From contig CABYXE010000004.1 of the NCBI GenBank assembly GCA_902522825.1, forward strand, positions 19,364 to 83,363: 64,000 nucleotides of DNA, in the 5' to 3' direction. The notes under the pieces were generated by a model. That model searched no databases and had not been told where the DNA came from. It saw nothing but the letters and a program-made list of their open reading frames with translations. Origin of the DNA: an uncultured SAR86 cluster bacterium (GTDB taxonomy: Bacteria; Pseudomonadota; Gammaproteobacteria; Magnimaribacterales; AG-339-G14). Shown one piece after another: positions 41,612 to 50,895 of this stretch (position 1 is the stretch's first letter; every line of letters begins with the position of its first letter). Made by a program: the position numbers and the translations under genes.

Positions 41612-42841
41612 TTAAAAGTTGTTTTGAATCCATTTAAAAGCTTGATTAACAAAACCTTTGTTTCTAGTGAATGCAAAATCAAGATAATCTTCTTCCGTTT
41701 CTTTTTGTCCATATAAAACCAATCCCACTGATGTTGAGTAAACCGGATTTTTTAAAATATCTGTGAGACCTACCAATCCACTTGGCTGCCCTACTCTGAC
41801 TGGGATTTGGAAAATTTCTTCACCCAATTGTGAAATTCCTTCAATTTTTGAAGCACCTCCGGTTAGAACGAATCCGGCAGGTAATGCTTGGGAGAAATCA
41901 CTTATAGCAAGTCTTTGTTTTATAAGATTAAAAATCTCTGCATATCGTTGCTCAATAACATCTGATAAGGCTTGTCTTGAGAAAACTTTATCTGATCTTC
42001 CATTTATCGATGGGGAAGAAATTTGCTCTCCTTCTCTAGTTAAAGCGCTGAAGGCGCAGCCATACTTTTTCTTCAATTCTTCAGCTTGATTAGTTGGAGT
42101 TTGAATTGCTCTAGCAATATCATTCGTAACATGATCACCTCCGACAGGGATATTTACTGTATGACTTATTGATCCATTCATAAATATTGCAACATCGGAA
42201 GTACCTCCACCTAAATCAATCAAACAGACTCCTAGTTTTTTTTCGTCTTCAGTCAATACAGAATAGCTTGATGCAAGTTGCTCTAAAATATAATTTTCAA
42301 CAGAAATGCCACATGCCTTCATACAAGAATCAATATTTTCCGCTGCATTTTTACTACAAGTAACAAGGTGAACTTTTGCTTCCAACCTCACTCCTGCCAT
42401 TCCCAAAGGCTCTTTAATTCCACTTTGTTGATCTATTAAAAAATCTCTTGGTAAGATGTGAAGCATTTTATGACCTTCTGAAATGCTTTGAGCTCCTGCT
42501 GAGTTTATAACCTTATCCACATCGCTTGCCTTTACCTTTCTGTCTCTAATTTGGACGGCTCCTTCTGAGTTAAGCCCGCAAGAACTCCCTCCTGAAATTC
42601 CTACATAAGCTTTATTTACGGCTACTCCTGACATCATTTCTGCTCTGTCAGTAGCTTCTCTTATTGCATTTACCGTTGATTCAATATCTACTACTACTCC
42701 ATCTCTTAATCCTCTGGAAGGATGAGAACCAAGACCTATAACGTTAATTCCGTCTGGTGATGATTCTGCAATTAAACAAACTACCTTTGATGTACCTATA
42801 TCAATTCCAACTTTTATATTTTGATAATTATTAGCAGCCAT
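41612..42841 (-). CDS. ftsA: cell division protein FtsA
   Basis: Actin-fold motifs GIDIGTSKV, IDLGGGTSD and LTGGAS. Confidence 0.97.
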   Translation of the reverse strand: MAANNYQNIKVGIDIGTSKVVCLIAESSPDGINVIGLGSHPSRGLRDGVVVDIESTVNAIREATDRAEMMSGVAVNKAYVGISGGSSCGLNSEGAVQIRDRKVKASDVDKVINSAGAQSISEGHKMLHILPRDFLIDQQSGIKEPLGMAGVRLEAKVHLVTCSKNAAENIDSCMKACGISVENYILEQLASSYSVLTEDEKKLGVCLIDLGGGTSDVAIFMNGSISHTVNIPVGGDHVTNDIARAIQTPTNQAEELKKKYGCAFSALTREGEQISSPSINGRSDKVFSRQALSDVIEQRYAEIFNLIKQRLAISDFSQALPAGFVLTGGASKIEGISQLGEEIFQIPVRVGQPSGLVGLTDILKNPVYSTSVGLVLYGQKETEEDYLDFAFTRNKGFVNQAFKWIQNNF

Positions 42842-43314
42842 TAGAAATACTTAATTGCGATCTTAGTTTTATATCTAAGATCTATTGATTCAAAGTTTTT
42901 GATTAATTTTTGTGATTCATTAGAAACCAGAAATAAATTTAACCTCAAAAGCTGCTCTTCAAGCTTATGTTGCTGAAATTTAATTTCTTGACCTTCTTCG
43001 AGTAAGGCTTTTATATTTCCTGATCTGCTTATAGAAAGAGATTTAATTTCTAAGTCATGTGGAATAAATTTTTTCTGAATTTTATAAAAACCATCAATCA
43101 TAATAAATTTTTGATCTTCGGCTCCAAATAAACCTACTAACCCAAGTTTATCCAACGCTCCTTTATTAAAAATTTCTCCTGTCTGAGAAAGATAAAAATC
43201 TTTATTCCAAATAAAATGAAAATTTTCTAATTTATTTTCATTCGTTTTAGAAAAGGCAGACAAATTTGTTGCTACTAGTAAAAATAATGTAGTAATTTTA
43301 ATTTTCATTTTCAA
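42841..43314 (-). CDS. ftsQ: truncated FtsQ-like protein (TM plus beta domain, POTRA largely missing)
   Basis: 157 aa, N-terminal TM. The C-terminal part is colinear with the E. coli FtsQ beta domain and ends in IDLRYKTKIAIKY (compare VDLRYDSGAAVGW). It lies directly upstream of ftsA. Confidence 0.65.
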   Translation of the reverse strand: MKMKIKITTLFLLVATNLSAFSKTNENKLENFHFIWNKDFYLSQTGEIFNKGALDKLGLVGLFGAEDQKFIMIDGFYKIQKKFIPHDLEIKSLSISRSGNIKALLEEGQEIKFQQHKLEEQLLRLNLFLVSNESQKLIKNFESIDLRYKTKIAIKYF

Positions 43315-43588
43315 CTCTTAGCTTCAAGATTTTTGTTTCGTTTGGTTTGATCATTGCTAAATTAATTTGTGATTTTTTATTAGCTTCTATAAAAGATTTT
43401 TTATATAAAAGTTTATTGTTCAGCTCTATAAATCTAGACTCAAGAAGAAGTTCTCTTGATTTTTCAAAATCTAAATTTGAATTCAGTATCCTCAACTCAT
43501 GCACGTTGTTTATTTTTAAAATAGATAAAAGTGAAACACTTATACTTAAAAAAAATATAAGCAGATATTTATTCACAAGCTTATCCAT
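43298..43588 (-). CDS. ftsL: cell division protein FtsL
   Basis: Small bitopic protein (TM plus coiled coil) directly after rsmH. I set the start at MDKLVNKY, an ATGGATAA overlap with the rsmH stop; the track start at 43633 is less likely. Confidence 0.65.
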   Translation of the reverse strand: MDKLVNKYLLIFFLSISVSLLSILKINNVHELRILNSNLDFEKSRELLLESRFIELNNKLLYKKSFIEANKKSQINLAMIKPNETKILKLRVENEN

Positions 43589-44459
43589 TAAGTTTTTCTC
43601 CAACACGTAAAATTGCGCTTCGGGATCTTGCATTAATAATAATTTCCTCTTGAGAAGGTTTTATTATTTTGCCGATAATTTTTAAAGAATTTTCAATTTC
43701 TTTATTTTCAATTTTTCCTTTCAGGAAGTTTTTGACAATCCTGTCTTCCATAGAATGGAAGGATATGACTACAAGCCTTCCTTTGTCCTGAAGTAAATCA
43801 ATAGATGCTATTAACGCTTTCTTAATTTCTTCTAATTCGTTATTAATAAAAATTCTAATTGCTCTAAAAATATTTGTTGCTGGATGTTTTTTTGAATTTG
43901 CATATTTTTTGCCAGCAAAAGCTATGGCTGCAAGTTCTTCCGTGGATTCAATTAACTTGTTTTTTCTTCTCTCCACTAACCTTTTTGCAAACAATCTAGA
44001 TTTTCTCTCTTCTCCTAAATAATAAAAAATATCTGCTATTTCTTGTTCTTTTGCCTTATTTATCCAATCTAAAGCTGAGATTTTATTTGTTTGATCCATT
44101 CTCATATCCAGTTTTCCATTTCTTTGAAAGCTAAAACCTCTTGAGGCATCATCTAGTTGTAAAGAAGAAACTCCTAAATCAAAAAAAATTCCATCAAATT
44201 TTTTATTTAAAAATAGTTCGCCAATTTTAGAGAATTTAGAGTATTGAAATTTAAATCTTGGATCTTGAATTTTATTAGCGTACTTAAGGACAGCTTGATC
44301 CTGATCTATTGCACTTAAACTTCCTCTAGAATCTAATCTTTTGAGAATCTCTTTTGAATGTCCGCCTAAGCCAAAGGTGCAATCTAGATAAGCCCCAGAT
44401 TTATTAAGCATGAGAGAATCAAGGCTTTCATTAATCATTACAGGAGCATGAGAAAACAT
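43581..44459 (-). CDS. rsmH: 16S rRNA (cytosine1402-N4)-methyltransferase
   Basis: HAPVMINE, DCTFGLGGHS, DLGVSS and SFHSMEDR. Confidence 0.96.
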   Translation of the reverse strand: MFSHAPVMINESLDSLMLNKSGAYLDCTFGLGGHSKEILKRLDSRGSLSAIDQDQAVLKYANKIQDPRFKFQYSKFSKIGELFLNKKFDGIFFDLGVSSLQLDDASRGFSFQRNGKLDMRMDQTNKISALDWINKAKEQEIADIFYYLGEERKSRLFAKRLVERRKNKLIESTEELAAIAFAGKKYANSKKHPATNIFRAIRIFINNELEEIKKALIASIDLLQDKGRLVVISFHSMEDRIVKNFLKGKIENKEIENSLKIIGKIIKPSQEEIIINARSRSAILRVGEKLNG

Positions 44460-44935
44460 TAGAAAGGTATCCTCCTGACTTCTTCAGGTAACTCAATATC
44501 TATTCTTTCGCCTTTTATTTCTTTACCTGATTCTTTTATTTTCCAATTTTTTTCACTCCAGAGTTCAAATTTTTGTCCCATACCTATTAAGACTACCTTT
44601 TGCTTTTCTTTTAATTGAGCATATTCTCTTAGAGGCTGTGGAAACAAAATATTCATTCTTTCCGAAATCTCAAAATCTATTTGATGAGCATTTCCTAAAA
44701 AATTCCATTGCAAAGCTCTTAATTTAGGATTTAATCCTGACAAATTTTCAAAAGAATTTGAAATTTCTCTCCAAAGATTTCCAGGATATATCAATAGAGA
44801 TGGGTATTGAGGATCTTTAGTAATAATTAGGGAACCAGCGGCTAACTCTTTGAGTTGCTCTTTATATTTTGCAGGCATTGCTATTCTCCCCTTATTATCT
44901 AAGACGAGGCTGCTTAAGCCATATATTCCAGCCAT
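44459..44935 (-). CDS. mraZ: transcriptional regulator MraZ
   Basis: LDNKGRIAMPAKY plus a second SpoVT/AbrB-like half. It is the first gene of the dcw cluster. Confidence 0.93.
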   Translation of the reverse strand: MAGIYGLSSLVLDNKGRIAMPAKYKEQLKELAAGSLIITKDPQYPSLLIYPGNLWREISNSFENLSGLNPKLRALQWNFLGNAHQIDFEISERMNILFPQPLREYAQLKEKQKVVLIGMGQKFELWSEKNWKIKESGKEIKGERIDIELPEEVRRIPF

Positions 44936-44950
44936 ATTTTAGTCCCTTTT

Positions 44951-44990
44951 GTCACACTTCTTACTATTTTTACACACTTTTACACACTTT
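44951..44990 (-). promoter_or_regulatory. putative MraZ operator: three AAGTGTG direct repeats in 10-bp phase
   Basis: The minus strand reads AAAGTGTGTAAAAGTGTGTAAAAATAGTAAGAAGTGTGACAAAA. GTGTG cores are at 44987-44983, 44977-44973 and 44957-44953, spaced 10 and 20 bp apart, 18-55 nt upstream of the mraZ ATG. Confidence 0.6.
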
Positions 44991-45023
44991 AGAAGCTTAA
45001 AGAGCTAAATTTTAGGTTTTTTT

Positions 45024-45360
45024 GGAGAGCTGATCCATAAGCCGGGTTCTGTTTTAAGTAATCATTCATCTTGAGTTTACGTCACCGCAAACCTCTAGCA
45101 ACTTACCCAGATTCAATGCGGATCACATTAAAGAATCTCTATTTAGTCTTGCTCCAGACGGGGTTTACCTTGCAATATTTGTCTCCAAATATACGGTGAG
45201 CTCTTACCTCACCTTTTCACCCTTACCCAAAAATTGGGCGGTATACTTTCTGCTGCACTTGCCGTAACAGTTTTCACTGCTCCCAGGCGTTACCTGGCGT
45301 CTTATCCTAAGGAGCCCGGACTTTCCTCTGATTAAAAACCAGCGATTACTCGATCAGCTC
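45024..45360 (-). ncRNA. rnpB: RNase P RNA, bacterial type A
   Basis: The reverse complement contains GAGGAAAGTCCGGGCTCC, GCCAGGTAACGCCTGGG, GGTAAGGGTGAAAAGGTG and ACAGAACCCGGCTTAT, and the 5' end (GAGCTGATC) pairs with the 3' end (GATCAGCTC). About 337 nt. Confidence 0.95.
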
Positions 45361-45366
45361 GAAGAA

Positions 45367-45395
45367 ATTATATTATTTTTTTATATGTGTGTCGT
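45367..45395 (-). promoter_or_regulatory. putative sigma-70 promoter of rnpB, embedded in the rsmI 3' end
   Basis: The minus strand reads ACGACA, a 17-nt spacer, then TATAAT, which ends 6 nt before the predicted RNA 5' end (45360). The -10 box immediately abuts the rsmI stop codon (45373-45375). Confidence 0.55.
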
Positions 45396-46182
45396 ATATT
45401 TCTTTAGAAGTCTTCTTTGAAATTTTTGCAAGAATCTTAGAGATTCTTTTTAAAGGCAGATGTTCTTTCAATTCTTTCATTAGAATTTCTTCTTCAAAAT
45501 CGTTTATCGAAGACTTATCTTTTGTGCCCTCAATCAAGAATACTAATTCTCCTTTTTCTAGGTTTTTATCATTGTGGATTAGACCTAAAATATTCTCCGT
45601 TGTCCCGGTATAAAAATTTTGATGTATTTTAGAAATTTCTTTTGCGATAGAGACCCTTCTTTCTCTTCCAAAGATTTTTAAAGAGCTTTCAACAAGTTTT
45701 TTTATTCTTCTAGGAGACTCAAATAAAATTAGTGTTTTCTCTTCGTAAAGGTATTTTTTCAAAAAATTCTCTAATTCATTTTTTTTTCTTGGTGGGAATC
45801 CTTCAAAAATAAATTTATCAGTTTTTAATCCAGATCCTATTAATGCTGAAATAACTGAACTCGGGCCTGGAATGGGATTAACTAAAATATCCTTTTCTTT
45901 GGCCTTTTGTACAATTTCAAATCCAGGATCTGAGATTAGTGGGGTTCCTGCATCAGAAATTAAAGCTATCGACTTGCCGGATTCAAGGTAAGAAATATAT
46001 TTGTCTATCTTTTTTACGTTAGTAAATTCATGGAGAGAACTAAATTTAGTTTTGATATTAAACTCTTTTAGCAAAATAAGAGATTTTCTTGTATCTTCGC
46101 AAAGTATCAAATCTACCTGATTTAAAATATCTAAAGATCGAAATGATAAATCTCTTAAATTACCAATTGGTGTTGCAACCAA
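45373..46182 (-). CDS. rsmI: 16S rRNA (cytidine1402-2'-O)-methyltransferase
   Basis: LYLVATPIGNLRDLSFRS and CEDTR. The start codon is uncertain; the track uses TTG at 46182. Confidence 0.9.
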   Translation of the reverse strand: MVATPIGNLRDLSFRSLDILNQVDLILCEDTRKSLILLKEFNIKTKFSSLHEFTNVKKIDKYISYLESGKSIALISDAGTPLISDPGFEIVQKAKEKDILVNPIPGPSSVISALIGSGLKTDKFIFEGFPPRKKNELENFLKKYLYEEKTLILFESPRRIKKLVESSLKIFGRERRVSIAKEISKIHQNFYTGTTENILGLIHNDKNLEKGELVFLIEGTKDKSSINDFEEEILMKELKEHLPLKRISKILAKISKKTSKEIYDTHIKK

Positions 46183-46200
46183 ATATAATGTTCCTGAGAT

Positions 46201-47355
46201 ATGAATAGTACAACTCCAAAAAAAATATTATCTTTGTCGATAATTTTATTAATCCTATCTTGCTGCGCTTCAACTAGCAATCCAAGAATTTCTTCTTTTT
46301 ATCAAGATAATAACCCCAATGATGTAAGTAAAAAATTATTGCGAAATATATCTTCAGCATCTCAGAATAAGGATTTTCAGTTATTTTTTTTTGGCGAAGA
46401 ATCTATTAAAACAAAAAAGTTTCTAGAAGGTGCCCGGACATCATTTTTTTTTCAAAAATCTTTGAATAGAAATAAAAAAGAAATTTCTTTCAAAGATATA
46501 AATAATTCAAATTTATGCGAGGAAATAAGGACTTCATCTTCTTTTAAGATTATTGTATTTTCAAAAGTTCCAGATAATTTTTTAGCCAACTGCCTTGATA
46601 ATTTTAATTCAGACATATTATTAGTTTATTTAGGTAAGGAGAAAAATACCTTTAATAATAAATTTGTTACTTTGCAAAATCAAAACTACTTTGATGATTT
46701 ATTATCAGAAAAGATTTTTGATAAAGAAAATTTCATATTTTTATCCAAAGATATTGATGAAATAGAAAAACTTTCAAATACTCTTAAAAGCAATGAAATA
46801 TCCTTTCAAAATAGTGAGTTTTTGTTAATCGATGAATCAAATAATTTTGAAAACGAAATCGCGGAAGCTTTTGATTTAAACAACAGCAAAAATAGAAAAG
46901 AAGATCTTGAAAGAGTTATAAATAAAGATCTTAAGTTTGTTTCTCGATCTAGAATAGATATTTCAAAGGTAATTGTGAGTTCTAGCTCTGATATTGCCAA
47001 TAGATTAATTCCGGCTTTCAAATATAATCTTCTCTTCGACTTAGAGATTTACAATCTTCCAAATCATTATGATGTTTGGAAAAAAACTTCCTCACCTGTC
47101 GATTTAGAAGGAACATTTGGCTTAGAGCATCCTGTTTTACTTAATCGAATTAACCTTGGAACCAAAGATTTTTATTCTTACTCGCCTGAATCAAAAATTA
47201 ATTATTCTTTGGGTTTTGATCTTATAAATTTTTTAAATTACGGAAATGGCTATTTTGGACTATTAGGTGAATATAACTTTGTAAATAATGAAATAGAAAT
47301 AAGCCCGATCAATGTTTCGTTTCAAAAGAGTAATTTTATACAAAGCTTAAATTAA
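46201..47355 (+). CDS. lpoA: lipoprotein, probable reduced LpoA (PBP1a activator)
   Basis: Lipobox ILSCC. It is divergent from rsmI, as lpoA/yraM is in E. coli. At 384 aa it is shorter than the roughly 680 aa I recall for E. coli LpoA. The sequence is low-complexity and the call rests mainly on synteny. Confidence 0.45.
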   Translation: MNSTTPKKILSLSIILLILSCCASTSNPRISSFYQDNNPNDVSKKLLRNISSASQNKDFQLFFFGEESIKTKKFLEGARTSFFFQKSLNRNKKEISFKDINNSNLCEEIRTSSSFKIIVFSKVPDNFLANCLDNFNSDILLVYLGKEKNTFNNKFVTLQNQNYFDDLLSEKIFDKENFIFLSKDIDEIEKLSNTLKSNEISFQNSEFLLIDESNNFENEIAEAFDLNNSKNRKEDLERVINKDLKFVSRSRIDISKVIVSSSSDIANRLIPAFKYNLLFDLEIYNLPNHYDVWKKTSSPVDLEGTFGLEHPVLLNRINLGTKDFYSYSPESKINYSLGFDLINFLNYGNGYFGLLGEYNFVNNEIEISPINVSFQKSNFIQSLN

Positions 47356-47982
47356 GAGTTCTTTTTCAGACTCAGAAATGCTTTCAGAAAAACTTTTATA
47401 ATCTCTCATTCGTTCAATGTATTCATTTAATGCTTTTGCCGAATTAGAAGAAGGAATTTTAATTCCAAAATAAGGCAGCCTAAAAAGTATTGGCATAATA
47501 ACCGTATCTAGAACGGTTAAATCATCGCTTCTAAAAAAATTCTGATTATTAAATAGACCAAGAGAATTAGCTAAATTTTTCTCAATAATTTTTTTACTTT
47601 TATTTTTTTCGTTTTTGGTTGTCGCTAAATCTTCAATAATGTCCATGGGTTCGCACCAATCAGATTCGAACCTATGAAGAATGAGTCTGGTTTGAGCTCT
47701 AGCTACTGGATAAACAGGTAGCAATGGGGGATGAGGAAATCTTTCGTCTAAATATTCAACAATCAAGCCAGAATGGTAAAGAGATAACTCTCTATCTATA
47801 AGTAAAGGTAAATTACCTGACGGATTTACCTCTAAGATTTCGGATGGAATACTATCTGGATCTAAGCTTTCAAAATCACAAGCTATTCCTTTTTCTGAAA
47901 GGACCATTCTAATTTTTTGACTCCTGTGGCCCATCTCATTTTGAAATAACACCATCGAAGAACGATTATTGAGTAGACTCAT
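47347..47982 (-). CDS. sspA: stringent starvation protein A (GST-like)
   Basis: 211 aa GST fold, downstream of petABC and rpsI as in Pseudomonas-type order. Confidence 0.88.
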   Translation of the reverse strand: MSLLNNRSSMVLFQNEMGHRSQKIRMVLSEKGIACDFESLDPDSIPSEILEVNPSGNLPLLIDRELSLYHSGLIVEYLDERFPHPPLLPVYPVARAQTRLILHRFESDWCEPMDIIEDLATTKNEKNKSKKIIEKNLANSLGLFNNQNFFRSDDLTVLDTVIMPILFRLPYFGIKIPSSNSAKALNEYIERMRDYKSFSESISESEKELLI

Positions 47983-48642
47983 TTATTTAAGCTCTTTTTT
48001 GAATTCTCTGTAAGTTAAGTAAGCGAATGAAGTGAATAATAACAGAAATAATAGAACATAAACTCCAATTCTTTTTCTAGTGTTCGCTGAAGGATCGGCT
48101 ACATAGACCAAGAAATTAGTAAGATCATAAATTACTTTGTCAAACTCTGCTGCAGATAGGTTAATTTGCATGTCTTCTAGAACGTTCGGCATAGAAACAT
48201 TTTGATAGACTTTGTTATTAACTCCATATGGTCTGGAATCGTCAGGATAATATGTTCTGAGGTAAGTATAAATCCATTCCGGTTTTCTAATTCTGGCCTC
48301 TAGAGTCAAATCTGGGGGTTTTGCGCCAATCCACTCTACAGCATCTTTTTCGTTTAAACTTATTTTCATTAATTCACCAGGTTTTGAACCATCAAAGATT
48401 AAGTTTTCCTGATAAATTTCTATTGGGATTTTTAGATCCTTAGCAACTCTGTTGTATCTTGAATATTTTAAAGAATGGCAACCATAACAATTATTCATAT
48501 AAGTGGTGAGGCCAGATTGTAAAGAAGCAAGATCCGATGTGTTAGCGGAAAATTTATCGCACTCTATTGAACCACAACTTAAACCTCCCCCGGCACCGAA
48601 GGAAAAACTAGAAAACAAAAGAACTATGAAAAAAAACTTCAT
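47983..48642 (-). CDS. petC: cytochrome c1 of the bc1 complex
   Basis: Signal peptide, the heme motif CYGCHS and a C-terminal TM anchor. Confidence 0.9.
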   Translation of the reverse strand: MKFFFIVLLFSSFSFGAGGGLSCGSIECDKFSANTSDLASLQSGLTTYMNNCYGCHSLKYSRYNRVAKDLKIPIEIYQENLIFDGSKPGELMKISLNEKDAVEWIGAKPPDLTLEARIRKPEWIYTYLRTYYPDDSRPYGVNNKVYQNVSMPNVLEDMQINLSAAEFDKVIYDLTNFLVYVADPSANTRKRIGVYVLLFLLLFTSFAYLTYREFKKELK

Positions 48643-48644
48643 TT

Positions 48645-49901
48645 TTAATGCTCAGGAGCTCTCTCCGGAACAGGTTTGCATTTTTCAATTCTTGTATAAA
48701 TCGGCATTAAAAGAAAATAAGAAAAATAAACTACAGTAAATACTTTAGCTAAGAGGTTTTTTAGATCTGAAGGTGGAACTGCACCTAAATAGCCTAAAAC
48801 AAAAAAGCTAATAACAAATCCAGCAAGGAAAGACTTACTCAAAACACCTTTGTATCTTATAGATTTAACTGGGCTTCTATCTAACCACGGCAAAGCAGCA
48901 AATATTGCTATGCCTGCAGCCATCGTCACAAAACCCAGAAACTTAGCTGTTAAACCGAATAAAGAAAAATCAACTGCCCTTAACATTGCATAGAATGGAG
49001 TGAAGTACCACGACGGAACTATATGGGCAGGAGTGGAAAGTGGATTAGCTGGCTCAAAGTTAACGTACTCTAAAACGTACCCTCCTCCTTCAGGAAAAAA
49101 GAATACAACACTACAGAAAATAATTAAAAATACTCCTAGAGCATAAATGTCATGCGTAATATCGTAAGGATAAAAAGGTTTAGAATCTAATGGAACGCCA
49201 TCTTTATCAACATGTTTTTTAATATCAATTCCATCTGGATTGTTAGATCCAATTTCATGTAGAGCCAAGATATGAAAGAAGACAACTGCAATGATCATAA
49301 TGGGCAATAAAACTACGTGAAAAGCAAATAATCTTGAAAGAGTAATTCCTGAAATCAAATAATCACCTCTAATCCAAGTTGCCAAGTCTTCGCCTATTAC
49401 AGGGATTGAGCCTAATAGAGAAATGATTACCTGGGCAGCCCAGAAAGACATCTGTCCCCAAGGAAGAACGTAGCCAGTAAAACCTTCTGCGCAAAGAAGG
49501 ACATATGTAAGCCATCCTCCAACCCATATTAATTCTCTGGGCTTTCGGTAAGAGCCATACATCATGCCTCTAAACATGTGAAGATAAATAAGTGCAAAAA
49601 AAGCAGATGCGCCGGCAGCATGCATATATCTCAATAGCCAGCCGTATTCGACATCTCGCATAATATATTCAACTGAAGAAAATGCTTCTTCAGCAGTATT
49701 CGTGTAGTTCATCATTAGCCACAAGCCAGTTAAGATCTGCATTGCTAAAACAACGATCATTAAAAACCCAAACAAATACCAAAAGTTTAGATTTGTAGGA
49801 GCAGGATACTTAGAAAGATGTCTTTCTAATAAATCTGTTATTGGAAACCTGGTATCAAACCAGTTAGCAATTCCACCAGGGTTTTTTTCATTCGCAGCCA
49901 T
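48645..49901 (-). CDS. petB: cytochrome b of the bc1 complex
   Basis: 418 aa with [12 protein letters not shown] and PEWYF-like ([15 protein letters not shown]). Confidence 0.97.
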   Translation of the reverse strand: MAANEKNPGGIANWFDTRFPITDLLERHLSKYPAPTNLNFWYLFGFLMIVVLAMQILTGLWLMMNYTNTAEEAFSSVEYIMRDVEYGWLLRYMHAAGASAFFALIYLHMFRGMMYGSYRKPRELIWVGGWLTYVLLCAEGFTGYVLPWGQMSFWAAQVIISLLGSIPVIGEDLATWIRGDYLISGITLSRLFAFHVVLLPIMIIAVVFFHILALHEIGSNNPDGIDIKKHVDKDGVPLDSKPFYPYDITHDIYALGVFLIIFCSVVFFFPEGGGYVLEYVNFEPANPLSTPAHIVPSWYFTPFYAMLRAVDFSLFGLTAKFLGFVTMAAGIAIFAALPWLDRSPVKSIRYKGVLSKSFLAGFVISFFVLGYLGAVPPSDLKNLLAKVFTVVYFSYFLLMPIYTRIEKCKPVPERAPEH

Positions 49902-50497
49902 TAAGATACTCCATCTGAACCAATTACAAGAATATTGTCTTTAGAAAAATAATGAGGAGGCACTTCCATATTTGTTGGAGCAGGAACTCCTGCGTACACT
50001 CTTCCAAGAAGATCAAATTTAGACCCGTGACAAGGACAGAAAAAGCCTCCTTGCCAATCTGGATCAAAATCTGTTGAACCAGGCTCGGGGTAATATTTTG
50101 GAGAACAACCTAGATGAGAACAAACTCCTGTTATAACAGCAATTCCCTCTTTTCTAGATCTAAACTCATTTTTTGCATATTCTGGTTGAAATGGAGTTTC
50201 CAATGATGGATCAGCTAACTTGGCATCCACTTGACTGAGTAACTTTATAGAATCATCGGAAATTTTAACCACAAATACCGGTTTACCCCTCCATTCAACA
50301 ATCATCATTTCGCCAGTATTTATTGTAGATATATCAACTTGAACTGGTGCGCCAGCAGCTTCAGCTCTAGCGCTGGGCTTGAAAGCACTTAAAAAAGGAA
50401 CTGCTACAAAAGCTGTACCGATTAAACCTAAAAAACTCGTTGCATATGATAAGAATTTTCTTCTTCCGGGGTTTGGCGGAGAGGATGGTTGGACCAT
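49901..50497 (-). CDS. petA: ubiquinol-cytochrome c reductase Rieske iron-sulfur subunit
   Basis: Tat-like N-terminus RRKFL and the Rieske motifs CSHLGC and CPCHGS. Confidence 0.96.
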   Translation of the reverse strand: MVQPSSPPNPGRRKFLSYATSFLGLIGTAFVAVPFLSAFKPSARAEAAGAPVQVDISTINTGEMMIVEWRGKPVFVVKISDDSIKLLSQVDAKLADPSLETPFQPEYAKNEFRSRKEGIAVITGVCSHLGCSPKYYPEPGSTDFDPDWQGGFFCPCHGSKFDLLGRVYAGVPAPTNMEVPPHYFSKDNILVIGSDGVS

Positions 50498-50501
50498 AAA
50501 A

Positions 50502-50894
50502 TTATCTTTTACTAAATTGCTTTGATTTCCTTGCTTTAACTAGACCAATTTTCTTTCTCTCAGACTTTCTAGAATCTCTAGTTAAATAACCAGCGGATTT
50601 TAATGAAGGTCTGTTTTCAGGATCATGTTTCTCTAAAGCTCTGGCAATTCCATGCCTTATTGCTCCAGCTTGACCAAATGAGCCTCCACCAGAGACTTTT
50701 ATATTTAAATCAAAATTTTCTAACATATCTAATAAAATCAAGGGTTGTTTTACTAGAATCTTAGCAACTTCTCTTCCAAAGTATTCTTCTAAAGGTAGAT
50801 CATTTACTAATATGTTGCCCTTTCCTTTAGATAGATAGACTCTAGCTGTAGAGGTTTTTCTTCTTCCTGTTGCGTAAGTTGTATTATTTTCCAT
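50502..50894 (-). CDS. rpsI: 30S ribosomal protein S9
   Basis: [21 protein letters not shown]...[19 protein letters not shown] prefer the ATG at 50894 (130 aa) to the track's TTG at 50906. Confidence 0.96.
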   Translation of the reverse strand: MENNTTYATGRRKTSTARVYLSKGKGNILVNDLPLEEYFGREVAKILVKQPLILLDMLENFDLNIKVSGGGSFGQAGAIRHGIARALEKHDPENRPSLKSAGYLTRDSRKSERKKIGLVKARKSKQFSKR

Positions 50895-50895
50895 T

